Source: Ginglymostoma cirratum (lineage: Eukaryota). From it: a stretch of 64,000 nt of DNA. The translations under genes and the position numbers were made by a program. Below, piece by piece: positions 51,116 through 64,000 of the stretch; within the stretch, counting starts at the first letter, position 1, and every line of letters begins with the position of its first letter. The DNA lies in the NCBI GenBank assembly GCA_024137785.1, contig JAHRHZ010000066.1, positions 11,162,202-11,226,201 of the forward strand, given 5' to 3'. The notes under the pieces were generated by a model that saw only the letters and a program-made list of their open reading frames with translations, ran no database searches and was not told where the DNA came from.

Positions 51116-52226
51116 CCTCTCCATATTTCACAAAGAAAGACAAATGAGGTTTTCTGCACCATTCAGTAACCTAGGTGTAATCGTTACATCACTATCTACA
51201 AAACACAAATTTTTGACAAGTATTTCTCAAATAGATGCATTTCACAACATTGAATAATGGCTGAGGAAGTAGAGGGTGAAACAGAGGGAAATAATAATGA
51301 AATGATAGAATTGTGGGCATGGGTGATGGCTAAGCAACTGTGGGGCACAGTCCTCGCAAATTGACTGATCCTTTCTGGTTGCCTTGGGCATATACATTCT
51401 GGGATTGGTTGAACCCATAAGATTCACACTATTCTGCAGATACTTGTCTTCACAAAATCAATACCCAGAGTGGTGGCTGGTGATATGAATAGTTTGCACC
51501 AAACAACTATGGGCAACTTAACTGCTGTGGAGACCCCATCATAATTGCTTATGCTATACTCTCTTAGAGATACGGATCCTCACGACAACACATATCATTC
51601 GTACGTGCAGACGTTTTCATGTATGTTAATGGCTGTTCTGAGTTAGTATTAGACATGTGCAAGCCAACAAGGGCTTGTATTCTACATCAATGACAAAAAA
51701 CACCCTTCTCCACACACATTAGTACTAATGCAGCCGCTTCAAAAGTCACCATTTATTAACAAAGAATATTACATGAAATCTATATCCACAGGATTGGACA
51801 TCCAAAACAATTCATTTTCACAAAAATGGAATTAAGCCACTGACAAGAAGGCCCAAAAGTCTCAGGAATGAGAAATTCATCAAGAAAACAAAATTTTGAG
51901 CTCCTGGAGTATGTTCACACAGCAGCCCAAGTACTCATGCCACATGCATTCCATGTCACATGCTCTGAAAGATAACAATGCTCCACTCCTTCATTATATT
52001 CTGCGGTTTATCATTCCTTTATCATGCAGATAGCAAATAGTCGATCCTGTTAAAGGAGTGGAAATGTTACATATTCTAGCTCCTAAAGAAGGCAAAGTAG
52101 AAAAAAATGGCTGGCAGTACAATCATTAAGGATGAAGAATCAACCAACAGAAATCAACATATTTGTTTACTTGACTGTATGTTATGTAGTGTGAATACCA
52201 AAATGTTGAGATGAGTGGTCAAAGTA

Positions 52227-52518
52227 CATAGAAGATCATAGAATCACTACTGTGTGGAAGCAGACCATTCGGCCCAGCAAGTCCACAACGACCCTCCAAA
52301 GAGCATCCCACCCAGACTTACTCCCTACCCTAGACACAATGGGCAATTTAGCATGGTCAATCCACCTGACCTGAACATCTTTGGGCTGTAGTAGGAAATG
52401 CACACGGACACATGGAGAATGTCCAAACTCCACACAGACAGTCACCCAAGGGTGGAATCTAACCCATATCTCTGGCACTGTGAGGCAGCAGTGCTAACCA
52501 CTGCACCACCATGCCACC
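52227..52518 (-). mobile_element. HE1-type V-SINE
   Basis: Reverse of 33665-34016: ggtggcatggtggtgcagtggttagcactgctgcctcacagtgccag...tgtgtggagtttggacattctcc...ccaaagatgttcagg...gattctatga. Confidence 0.9.
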
Positions 52519-55290
52519 AGTGAGTGTATGGGAAAAGAGGCATAATATAGCAATGGACAGTATAGCAGTCCCGGAAAAGACCCTGTGACAAGAAGGTGAA
52601 AGCAGGAGCAACTTGAACTGTCATTGAGACAGACGATTGTCCTGCAGACTTCAATCATAGTCTCAGCTGGAACAATAAACTCTTCCAGGGCCTCAAATGC
52701 ATGTAAATATATTCTTCTATGTGTGAGAGATGCCTTTGGTTTGTTTGAAAGAGTCAAACTCCAATGTCTTTGTTTCCTTGATATGCTACTGTACAAAATC
52801 AAACTGCATTTGTGACTATGTATATACATAAAAACACTTTTTTATGCATAAAATATTTTTTAATGAAATAAATAAGCTTGAACATAAATGTACTGGCTCT
52901 CCATCATTCATATAGCTAATTCGCACATGCTATGTTCAGTGTAGTTTACACTGTGCATGTGTTTCTTATTCTATCAGTGATCCAGCCCCCTCCCTTGCAC
53001 AGTATAAAATCGTCAGCATTGCTATTGCACAGAATCCGAAACTAAATATTTCTCTTCACAATTCACTGTGGCAACCATGTGCTGAGACCTGCAACTCATG
53101 CATTTAACTATCCACTTTGAAAGGAAGTAAACAACACAATCATCTTTAACATTGCCCAGAGAGAAAACAGCATTTCTCTCTTGCAATGAAGCTTTAACAA
53201 GTACTTCATCATTATTAGCTATTCCAAACAGGTATTTTTATTTCTTTTCTGCTACTCACAATTCCTGCAAATTGTGAGAAAAACTGAAATTGCCAATAAC
53301 AGCAGAAAAAAACTGTATTTTTATTTTCTTAATTTCTCCATATCTTATATTCTATATAGAGGGAAACATACACAAATCTTGATGTTTTCTGTTGATAGAA
53401 CCAGGAACTGTTATCTACCATTGACCTGGATGTATCAGGGTAGAGTTTTGATTGCAATCCTAGATTTAACTAAGAATCATACTCTATGGAATTGTTCTGT
53501 TATTTGGTTCTGGTGACTTAGTGGGATTTTTTTTATCACCAGGAAATTGTGCATATATCACAACTGGATAGAGGAAAATAGTTTTGACTGTTTCATTAAT
53601 TAAGACTCTAAATTAGAAGTTAGTCTCTTAGACTAACCCATTGCATAATATACAAACCAGTTTTAAAATTATTCTCTGGAATACAAAGGATAAATTTAAT
53701 TTTCCAAGTGAGGACTTCGTAATCATTGGCACACACGCAAGTGATGTTAAGTAATAACTTAATTGAAAAAGTGTAAATAAGCTTGATGTTAAATGGAACA
53801 AAAGCATTTTTTTCTGTTTAATGCAACATGTTTATGCCACATTCTGTACTGATTAAAGTATTTGAAGAGCAATGCTTTAAAATTTAGCTAAAATCCCTTA
53901 ATCAATGCTAATTAGCCCTAACTTGCATATGTTAATTAAGACTATTTACCAAAATTATAGGTATGAACATCCCCAGAGGGGTTCCTGTTCATTTAATTAG
54001 TCCCAATTAGCTCTAATTAACACGTGTAAATGAGATACTGTTGAACCTAAAATAAACATAGTGTTGCCTGCTGTATTCACATGCAATTTGACTTATTGTA
54101 TATGTTTGTAGAAGGAAGAGGCAGTTGAAACCCTTAATTAATGCAAATTGCTGTCAGTGCAGACATTTTCATAGAAGTCATTCATTTCTGGAACTATGGT
54201 AGAAATAAAAATCCATTCCAGTGTAACTGGATACTCCAGTTGCAATTCTTGGTTAACCGTTTCTCATACTGCAGATTGACGAGCCTGTAACAAACAAACA
54301 AGCTGGCATGTTTGAGAACTGCTACCGGCTTATCAACATTTATTCATACTTCACATTTTATATTTCCAGAGTCTGTCCTCCAAGATCATATTCTGGGGAC
54401 AGTATAACACCACACACATATTTATATAGATTTTAATTTGGTTGATTCTGTGTACAAGAAAAATCCATTGAATTAAAATTCTATACATTTTATGGACCAG
54501 TTGGTGATATTTATGGATAGCATTTGCAACAAAAAGGAAAAATGATGAGAAGAGCTGAAGTGAAAGAATTTTAATTAAATTAAACCATTTGTTGCGTTAT
54601 AGTTGTGCATTTATATAAATTTTGTGTATTTAATATGAATTTTCCAAAACTGTTAAATGAAGCAACTTTTATATAAATAATCATCTCTGTTAGATAAGGC
54701 AATTCGTATAAAGCAAATATTAATGCTCACTATCACCAATCACAGTAAATCTTCTGCATGCATATCAGCCACAAAATTCCTGAGAGAAGATCTTTGTTCA
54801 ACAAAACACACAGGTAATTTACGCTGAGTACAAATGTCGGAGAGACCTATAAAAATATTGAACTACCAAATGACACTGTACCAATAACAGTACAATCCAA
54901 TTCACTGCATTTTACAGCAGTAAGATTGGGATAGACTAATTAAGTAGGTAAGTCAATTACATGAGTATCATGAAAGGTTGAATCTATGTGACCTGTAAAG
55001 ATCACCACTTTGACCAGTTTATAAAATTGCGTGCTGCTTCACATATAAATGTGAGATGAAACCTTACCTTGTGCTTGCATTTGGCAGTTGTGTTTCTCAC
55101 TTGTTTATCTAATTCTTAATAGATAGGAATTTCTCTTTCTGTGTCAAATATGGATGAAAGGTGCATTGTTTTATTTCTGTATGTTATAACTCTCAAACTG
55201 CTTTAATCAATAGAATTTGTGAGTCTTATTAGAATAAAGTATGAGATTTTATGGGAACTCTTCACTATGACAGTGCTGGAGTCATTTCTT

Positions 55291-55423
55291 GGGCTGGAAT
55301 TTCAAATTGGAGTTGGGAAAATATGCCCAGATGATTGCTGGGTCATAACACCTTCCAAGAGCACAATTTTTAAATTGCACCTATACCCTTTCCCAACTAT
55401 GCCAGCAATTGAAAATTCAGCCT
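55291..55423. mobile_element. Short MITE-like element with terminal inverted repeats
   Basis: Left gggctggaatttcaaattg...gttgggaaa pairs with right tttcccaac...caattgaaaattcagcct. Confidence 0.6.
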
Positions 55424-57244
55424 GTTTAGTCAATTTTCTTTTCATTGAACTGTGAGAAGCAAGTCACATCTCATGCCTGAAAAGGGACATTATATATCAC
55501 CATCAAGAAAGCCTAAGAGAAATTACTTTTGAAGTGTAGTCAGTGTAGCAACATAGGGAAGCCTTTGCTAATGATCAACTATTTTGCACTAATATACATG
55601 GAAAGTGTAATTTAAATGAAATTTAATTTAAGAAATTAAGATTATCATAAAAACTTGTTGCATATTCATGTTATTTTTTAAAAATTGCTATTTTGCACTG
55701 TTGCTACAAAGAATGGCTGTTCATGCAAATAATTCATTGCTAGCACGCAATGCACGAGGGAAAACACAATAATCACAATATTCTTTTGCTGCATTTTCCA
55801 AAATATTGTTCCATCATTTTAACTCTAGTATACAACAGGGCACAAAAGAAAACAATAATGACAACAAGCTTTTAAGCTTACAACCTGACCTGGGATATTA
55901 CATGCTCTTTCATTGATTTTTGCCTCAGTATTACTAAATAGCTACAGTATGACAGTTTGTATTCAACTATATTCTTTTCTGATGCCTATTTTCACCAACA
56001 CATTTCATAAAATACAAACCCCATCATTTAGGATCAAAATATTATTGCAGCCACAAGCTGGCAGAATAAATTATGCACTTATCACTGCAATGTTGACCAA
56101 AAGTTTACCCTTCCAGTTGCTGGGGCAAAAGTGGTTATACTGGTAGAAGTCAAATTCCTGTGTCAGGTATGAAAGTCATCTTGATGATCCACAATCTGTA
56201 AATATATCTGATGCTCAGCCATTCTATTTGAATGTCTCTGTCCTGTGGATAATTAAAATGCAATTACCCCAGGATAATGGTAGGTCAAATATCAGCTGGA
56301 TCAGAATATTTCAACAGTCCTGGTAGTTATAAATTGATTCAGTGCACAAAGCCAGTCATATTTAAATGTTAATATGTGGAATTGTATAATATGACTCTTC
56401 AGTTCTGTCTTCCAATGTGAAAACAATTGATACCAAAGATATATAATTGATAGGCTTGATATTAGTTTATCACATGAGCTATATGAAGCTTGTGACAAGT
56501 GCAGTGGTTTCCCATTCAAATAGTATGTATTTTCCTGCTCTCCATTCCACTTCGTTTTCTTAGCTTTCTCAATATATTACGTGGTTTTGTTTCCTTGAAT
56601 CATTTCGTCACCTGCATTTTCCTATTCCTTTTGCTGTTTGAACGGTAGTTTCAAACAGGCCCTGTGTAACATGTAGTGTGCAATGTAAGGCTGAGAATTC
56701 TGTACAAGATACACTTTATTGACCTTTTTGAAAGTTCAATTGCAGAAGATCTGTTATTACTGAAGCAATTGTGGAGGATATTGTTTGGCTGATGTGGAAA
56801 GATGGGCAAACTGAAAGCTATTTTTCACACAAGAATTTCTAACCAATATTGAGGCCATGCACAATAATTTCATCCCTACTTAGTTCAACCTGCAGTCCTG
56901 TCAAGAAAACTTGAACATATAAAGTAAATTATGTAAGAAATGAGGTTAAATTACTTCATCAAATATCCAACGTAACTGTTCACGTTATTTATGTTCAATT
57001 TGCACATGCCTTTAAAGTGTATCCTTCTCTAGTAACATATTAATAAAGTACAATAATGATATCAAAGTTTTATACCATTGTTTCCAGCCATGTAAAGTAA
57101 CTAATCATTTCATGGGGGAAAGAAAGGTCATGCTAAACCCAGTTTCCAGTGGTCTAATTCTTATGTGTATCACTCCATGCTAGGCAATTGGTAATCAGAC
57201 TTAGGTTTAACTTGAGGGACTTTACTGAAAATAGTGTCAACTCT

Positions 57245-57636
57245 TCTTGGTTGGTAGCACACTAACCTCTGAATCAGAAAGTCCCAGACTTGAGCTTGAT
57301 TCTAGGGAGCACAAAACGCAAGGCTGATATCCCATCGAAGGACTGAGTGAGAATTGAGTAAAGCATGCTCAATTGCAGCAGCAACAATTTTTGAATGAGT
57401 CATCAAACAAAAACCCTGTCTGTTCCCGCAGGTTGACGTGAAAGAGTCCATGGCAATAGTTTGAATAATTGTTCATTGCAAGTAAGACAGATTATTTTGC
57501 CATTGTCACATTACTGCTTGTGGAAGTTTGCTGTGTGTAAATTACAATAACAATTGTAATTCAACAGCTTTTCATTCGTTCTAAAGTGCTTTGAGACATC
57601 TGGTGGCCGTGAAAGGCACTATATAAATGCAAGCCT
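57245..57636 (+). mobile_element. Deu-domain SINE, decayed
   Basis: Head gttggtagcacactaacctctgaatcagaaag; tail aaagtgctttgagacatc...gtgaaaggcactatataaatgcaag. Confidence 0.75.
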
Positions 57637-58444
57637 TTCCACACAGAATATGTAAATAGTATTTAAAAAATATATAAGTATTATGTATTCTGGTCACATC
57701 AACAACTGCAGAGGGAAAATTGTGCTCAGCATTGCCTAAATAAGCCATAGCTTTTCTAGTTGACAATGTCACAGCAGCAAACTTTTACTGAAAATTGTAC
57801 TTAATTGATAACATAGTGGACAACAAAAATTCAAGAAAGAGCATGCCAAATTGGAATCAGCAAATAAAACTGCTTGGGATGTAGAGTCTTTAATTAAACA
57901 ATAAAAAATGGAAATGTTAATGCACATTTGAAATTGAAGGAAACATATCTCAGAGATGATAATTGGTTGAGTAAGCAATTAACAGATATGCAAATTTGTA
58001 GGATTCATTATAACAAAATACACCACAATAGTATATTACACTATGGTAGGACTCATGGCAGGACCTAATGTCTGCCATTTTTATTGATGGAAACAAACAT
58101 TAGATACTGTTACATTCAAAAGCCAGTGTGTAAAATTATTCGCAACAAACCCTATCATGAAAACATCATAGTTATCCAATGAAAATCTTTTTTTCATATT
58201 TTACAATCAGGTTTACTTCTATCTAGCACCAGATAAAGAAAAATACTAGGTGGAAATATAAATCAGGAACTCGGTCTGGTCGGTGTGATGTTTTTCTCCA
58301 AAAAGTGTCAATTCAGCCTATAAATGGTTTTAAAATGAATTTCTATCATCAAAAGAATGTCCGTATTAAATAAAAATGTCTCATTTTGGGGCCATTGAAA
58401 CGAATTTCACCTGTACATTGTAAATAAATGACAACAAATAAGGA

Positions 58445-58635
58445 AAACGGATTACATTCTTATAACCACAGCTTGAGGGTGTCCCAAAGTGTAGTCATTA
58501 CTGTACTGCAGGAAATGCATGAGGCAATTTGCATATTGCAAGCTCCCATGAACAGCAATATGATAATGAACAGATAGTCCGTTTTTGTGATGTTGGTTGA
58601 GCAATTAATGTTCTGGAGAACTCTGGAGATAAGTC
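58445..58635 (-). mobile_element. Deu-domain SINE 3' fragment
   Basis: gtgtcccaaagtgtagtcattactgta...gcaagctcccatgaacagcaatatgataatgaacagat...ttttgtgatgttggttgag. Confidence 0.6.
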
Positions 58636-59344
58636 ATATTAAGTAACGGGATGGGGCTCACTACTGAGCTATTGTGTCTAGCAAAGAGATGACTTTATTC
58701 AGTATATTGTTCATTTGGCTCAGCATAGATTATTGACTAGCAAAACATTAGTCAGTGGAGAGATTTGTTCTGTGCATGATGTAGAGTATGATCTATTTAC
58801 CTTTTTAACTGTTGTTTTGGCCATAATCAGCTTCTGTTTCACAGACCTAGATTATAAATTGGACTAATTCTGGTCTGTGTTGTTTAGTTCAATATTAAAA
58901 CATCCACTGACAAGCTAAATCAATGGGGGAGCCTGAGTATCATTTTTGTATGAAGTAGTGGACAAAACAACACAGATGGAATAAGATGACTCTGTGTGCC
59001 TGCAAGGAAACATGCTGAGTTATGGTTTATTGATAAAGACTGTTACGAATGACCATCATACCGGGAGGTTGACATAATAGGAATTCCACTGATGAATAAT
59101 AAAGAGTTGGACAAAAGTAGTGAAAATAATAAACATACACAAGCAGAGCTAGTGGACTAGTTAGTGCTTTTTCTTTAAAGATGGTTATTAGAATGACCAA
59201 AAATAATCCCAAAAAATCTAGTGTTTCCCATATTTTAAAACATATTTTGGGCTTTGCAGAGTAGCAAAAATATTTGTTTATATATATTATGCAGAGATAA
59301 ATGAAATATCTAATTTGCACAACATTCAAACTATATAATATCTT

Positions 59345-59465
59345 CTCAAAGGGTATGAGGACAAAATGGGAACATAGTACTGAAGTGGATAATTAGCTGT
59401 GATTATACTGAGTGCCAGATCAGGCTCCAAGGGCAGAATGGCATACTCCTATTGTTTTTCTATGT
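59345..59465 (+). mobile_element. CR1 LINE 3' tail fragment
   Basis: aaagggtatgagga...caggctccaagggcagaatggcatactcctattg...ctatgt. Confidence 0.65.
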
Positions 59466-62169
59466 GTCTTTGGCAGTGTGCTCTTCTTACACAATATGTG
59501 ATTGATATTAAAACCATACCAGATCGACTGGGCAAAATCTGAGCCAGCAAGCCAGTTTGAATTCAAACACTGGATATTTATATTTATTCTATAACATCTC
59601 TATCATTTCACAGACTGCATTCTTACTGATAACTTGCTGATGCTTTAATGTTGTAGCAATATAAGTGCTAGTCTCAATATATGCTGATGTACTATGCCAT
59701 GGAACTGTACAGTGTGAGGTGTATGACCATGGTTCTTCACATCAGGAAATCAAGGAGACGTGCCAAAAAAAAATGCAGTTTCAATGAAAAAGGAAAATCA
59801 AAGGATGATTCATCCCCAGCCTGTGCTTTGCATCTTCTAGCTATTGTTTAATAGTCGCTTTTAGCCAATGAATCAGAATTGGGTGCTTGTTCTTCCCTTC
59901 CTGAGCTGGAATTTTGAGTAGAGAGGGTAACCAGAAAAAATGGGAAGAAATTAACACAGAAGATATAAAATAACCAGTGAATGTGTCAAACCCATCTCCT
60001 TTGATGTGTGAAATATGCAATGTGACTCAGGGTTATCTTTCTAACTGAATATGTATATCAAAACATATGTCATTCACCAATTCACCAGTGTACTGCAGCC
60101 TTCAGGAAAAGTTCCCTGCAATGTTGAAAATAGTATGAATTATATCATTGTTTCAAATGTGAAATCTCATGGTATCACAGTAGATACAGAGTGGTCACAC
60201 ACATGAACGTCATTGAAATATAGATGCAGCCATTACTTGGGGGTCAGTTGCAAAAGCTTTCGACACCTCCACATATTAATTCATATCTCATTTTCACCAC
60301 TACACACTCTCCCTCCACACACCTCCCTCCACCACCCACCCAAATCCAACATAATCTATTGGTTTAACAGGAAATTCAATGTGTTAAACTGACTGCTGAA
60401 AAGTTGATCACTGTAAACATTGCAAAAAAAAGTTTCAAGAAAATTCAATGCTAAAGGAGCAAGTACAACTTCATACATCATTCCCTGACTGTGTTGTTCC
60501 ATATTTCAGATTTTCTCATCAAAAACACGAGTGTTCTCTGAAAATTGTTTAAAATTGAACAGACGTAAGTATTTTGGAAAGATTAGAAGATTTAACCCAA
60601 ATAACTACTGAATTTTCAAATATGCATTAAATTCCATTTTTCTAGTTTGCTGAATCAGCAATCAACAATAATTACAGTCTTACAATACCTTTTAAAATCG
60701 TTAGGTGTTTCATAAGAACGTTATCCAACAATATTTGACACCTGAAGCCATGCAAGCCGGTATGAGCAAAATTAGTTTCTGTTGTTCGTAAATACAAGAT
60801 GGAGAAAAGTATGTAATATCCTTTATTTCACAAGATTATTTCAACACACTATTCTGTATACAGTTATTCACTTATTAATAAGAGTCACTTCAAACTAACT
60901 TACTAGATGTGAAACATGATTAAATGTTTTGATAAGGTGTTGTATTGATCCAAGTCTCCTATAATATTGTGCTTGTGGTAAGTCAATGATGTGTTGTTTT
61001 ATAAAAACTAAGTTCAATGGTCACGTCCCACCTGATCACTGCAGAGTCAGAGCTGCCACTTTGTCTGCAAAAACTTGTCTCTCTGTCCTTCTTTCCACCT
61101 TTCAACAGGTGTCCTTTCCTCCTTGGAAGGGTTTCTGATTTAGTTCTCTGAAAAAGAAATATGTTTTCATCTCTCTTCTAACCCAAAACTATTTCTTTTG
61201 TTTAGCAATCCAAACAGGATAGACATTATAAATGTATTCTTTTGTTTGACATGTGTGTTTTATTTGTGGTGTCTATGTTTTCCACGTATTACCCTTTATC
61301 ACCATACTTTGTGCAGTATATTCTTGCTGTTTTTCCAGCTACCTGTTTTCCTATCTATCTACTATATTTGCTATAGTTCATCACTTCCGGTCCATCTGTC
61401 TCCCCTGCTCTGCAATTCCTAAATATTTTGGTTAACTCCCTAGTTCTGTCATTAACTAATGTTTCTGTAATGCTTTCTCAGATCTTGCTCTCTCCCTGTA
61501 TGTCTCTTACTTCTTTTTTATAGTTTTTATACCACTTTTCTCCACACTGCTTCTATTTTCAGTTGTTCTGACATTTTCTCCCTTTTCTGTCGAGACAGCT
61601 CTTTTTGTTCCTATAGATTTTATATTTCTTACTCTCTGCTTTCCCTGCTGTTCTCCTTTGCATCCTGCCATCTTTTGCATCCAGTCTTTTCTTCTGGTCC
61701 CTTCAGTTTCTTCCTCTGTCTCAGACTCTCACAACTGTCCCAGCACGCAAATCCAATGTTATTGAAAACAAAAGCAGAAGATTTTTCGCAGTATCCCCTG
61801 TTAATATTTCCTCACCAGCAGCATATATTTTCAATCAGCGGCTCCAGGCTCTCTGCCTCCTCCCAATCTCATTCTGAAATAAAGTTCAGCATATGCTTAT
61901 TAGAGACAGATTCCCAAATGCTGTTGCCCTAAAACTGTGGTTCTTGAACATTTTAGCACCTTCTCAGTTCATGAGGAGACTGAACTCCAGTGAAGAGATA
62001 TTATAGTTTCTCACACCCTTAAAATATATTTGATTTGACTGCTCAACAAATTAAGTCCTCCCTCACCCTCTTCACTGTTGTTTCTTTCTGTCTGTTAATC
62101 CTCTCTCACTTCCATGCATTTTCTCCCCCTTTCTCTCTTTCTCCTTACCTCTTTATTTTTACCACCCAG

Positions 62170-62389
62170 GAAACAAGCCAAACAATAATACTCTCAGTCA
62201 GGGTACCATTTGACGCTGATGCTGGAGCTGCTGAGCAACGGGTCATTGAAAGCAGAAACAGGATCACCCTGGAGTTACTATCTTAAAGATCGGAGGCTGC
62301 CTACCAGCAACATGCGCGATGGTTGCCCATCGGGCCCCTTGCATTACGAGGCAGCAAAAGGAGGGAGCTCCTCGAGTGAGGATTGCAAA
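62170..62389 (+). other. Candidate exon of an unidentified host gene (5' UTR or first coding exon)
   Basis: About 110-nt polypyrimidine tract ending cccag| at 62169; donor AAA|gtgagg at 62390; ATG at 62219 opens 57 codons (MLELLSNGSLK...SSSSEDCK) to a phase-0 junction; the window ends in another polypyrimidine tract (tttctccac). Confidence 0.45.
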
Positions 62390-63680
62390 GTGAGGGAGGG
62401 GAATGCAACCTGAGTTCCGAAAGGTCAACTGCTTTATTTTGGGTGTGGGGAGGAGGTGTATGTTTGTGAAAGGAGAGGCACGTTTTGGGGCGAGCTTTGT
62501 AAGTGGGTACCCCTGTCGTTTTTTCTTGAACAATGGGTTACTTGAGGAATTGTATACGTAAGCGTTCATCAAACTGCTCTGTCTGTCAGGAAGTTGTGTT
62601 ATTTACCTAAAAATATGTTGATCTATTTTTCCGCTTGGTGAGTTGGGGGGAGGTGGTGGCAATATGGCTGAACATTGAACAAAACGTCAAGGATATCGCA
62701 CAAAAGGTGCGTGAAAATGGGGAATAAACAATTACACAGCGAAATAACAGCAAAGGTTTAAATATTCCATTCAAAAGAAGAATGGAATCATGGACATTTC
62801 AGACAGTCATAAGCAAAGTTATAGCAAAAATAAATTAAGTAAATAATAAAGACAGCAGAAAGTTAAAGTGCATGTCCCCACGCATTGTTAGCATTTATGG
62901 TTAGCTGTAGAGTCTTTGGGATGCTGAGTGCCCCTCTGGCCAACTGTGCGGCTCGCGGAGTCACCCTACGGTGCTGCTAACCTCATAACTATTGACTATT
63001 TTTAGATTTGTAAAGATCATCTTGAGATGCCATTTAACTCCCTCTTGCTCTGTGGGGCTGCCCCTTAGTACACTTCCGATGCCACGCCTGAGTCCTGGTG
63101 TTTGGACAGGGGATATACCCTTGAAGACACTGGAGAAGTACCCTGAGGCGGGCGTTGGAATGGGGCCTGCAGAGTTTGTGCGCTGACTAGACAAGCATTC
63201 GTGATGACACTGGCTCTCGGCAGGAATGGAGTGATTAATACAGACCTGTGGTTTTAACTCCACTGGCCCCAACGTACTGTCACCAAGAATCCTGCATGAA
63301 GGCAGGAGAGGTTAGATAACGGAGCATTTGTGGGCACAGCACCGCTTGTACTTCTGTATCCTCAGTCCTCATTTTCCTTCAGCGATGGCAATTAACCCAC
63401 GATTGCACTTGAAAGCAACTTTAATTGCAATGAGATTTGACAATGACGTGACGCCGTCACCGCCCAACATCCAGAATCACCAGGCCAGTTCGTGTAAAAA
63501 GTTGACGGTAGGATGTTTCTGAGCGGATGTCTGACTCCGTATTAGAAAGCGCGCCCCTGACTGAGGTGCCATTAGCCCTGTGGAGCTCGGTGCTGGAGCA
63601 ATGTGAATCAGTCTGCAGGGATTGTCAGTGATGATGCAGAGTACAGACCGGGAGCTCATAGCTGAATAATAACACGCTCA
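62200..63680. promoter_or_regulatory. CpG-enriched segment (possible weak CpG island / gene 5' region)
   Basis: Visibly more CpG than the rest of the window (catgcgcg, tgcggctcgcgg, ggcgggcg, gacgtgacgccgtcaccg, aagcgcgcc) in sequence not recognised as repeat. Confidence 0.45.
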
Positions 63681-64000
63681 AAGAATTAAATCATTGTAAT
63701 GATGTCAAATATAAAGATGCCTCTGTTAGAGAAAATGATAATACATTTACAAAATCCATACTTTATTCCCAGTAATTAAGTACTGAACAAACATATTTGT
63801 ACTCAAATATAGATTTACTATAGCATGTTTCGAAATCAGTTCATAATTGTTATTCGAAATATAAATTGATAATTACTGTTTTATATTTTGGGTAATTGCA
63901 TGACTATAGTATGACTGTGGGAGTGTCGCTTTGTTTCTGGTTATCTGTTTGCATACAGTAATAGCATCTTGGTTTATTTTTCTCATTCTCATTTCTCCAC

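Noticed and set aside
1-64000. Conserved microRNA, snoRNA or rRNA genes
   Set aside because: Only short partial matches to remembered miRNA sequences, without hairpin context; an Rfam/Infernal scan would be needed to exclude them properly

Overview
This is eukaryotic, not prokaryotic, DNA: an AT-rich, CpG-depleted, repeat-rich vertebrate non-coding region. The repeat families (HE1-type V-SINEs, Deu-domain SINEs, CR1 LINEs, Penelope-like elements, Harbinger transposons) point to a cartilaginous fish, probably a shark. I can name no intact host gene, and almost all listed ORFs are spurious or transposon debris. Main content: (i) two decayed Harbinger/PIF DNA transposons (~8.9-13.5 kb and ~29.7-35.1 kb), each with a spliced Myb/SANT-like gene and nested younger insertions; a convergent transposase remnant is recognisable in the first; (ii) at least five Penelope-like insertions whose terminal repeats carry minimal hammerhead ribozyme cores (CUGANGA...GAAA); several are fold-back palindromes, three have 14-15 bp target-site duplications, and two sit inside older Penelope terminal repeats; (iii) many CR1, Rex-like and SINE fragments; (iv) a 51-bp two-variant minisatellite; (v) a 400-N assembly gap; (vi) candidate enhancer-like motif clusters and, at the right end, a CpG-enriched zone with a candidate + strand exon of an unidentified gene. 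Penelope-borne hammerheads are a known phenomenon. The nested targeting and the compact double-hammerhead palindrome are the most interesting observations, but I cannot claim a new biological system from sequence alone. Repeat boundaries were judged by eye and are approximate unless a TSD is quoted.
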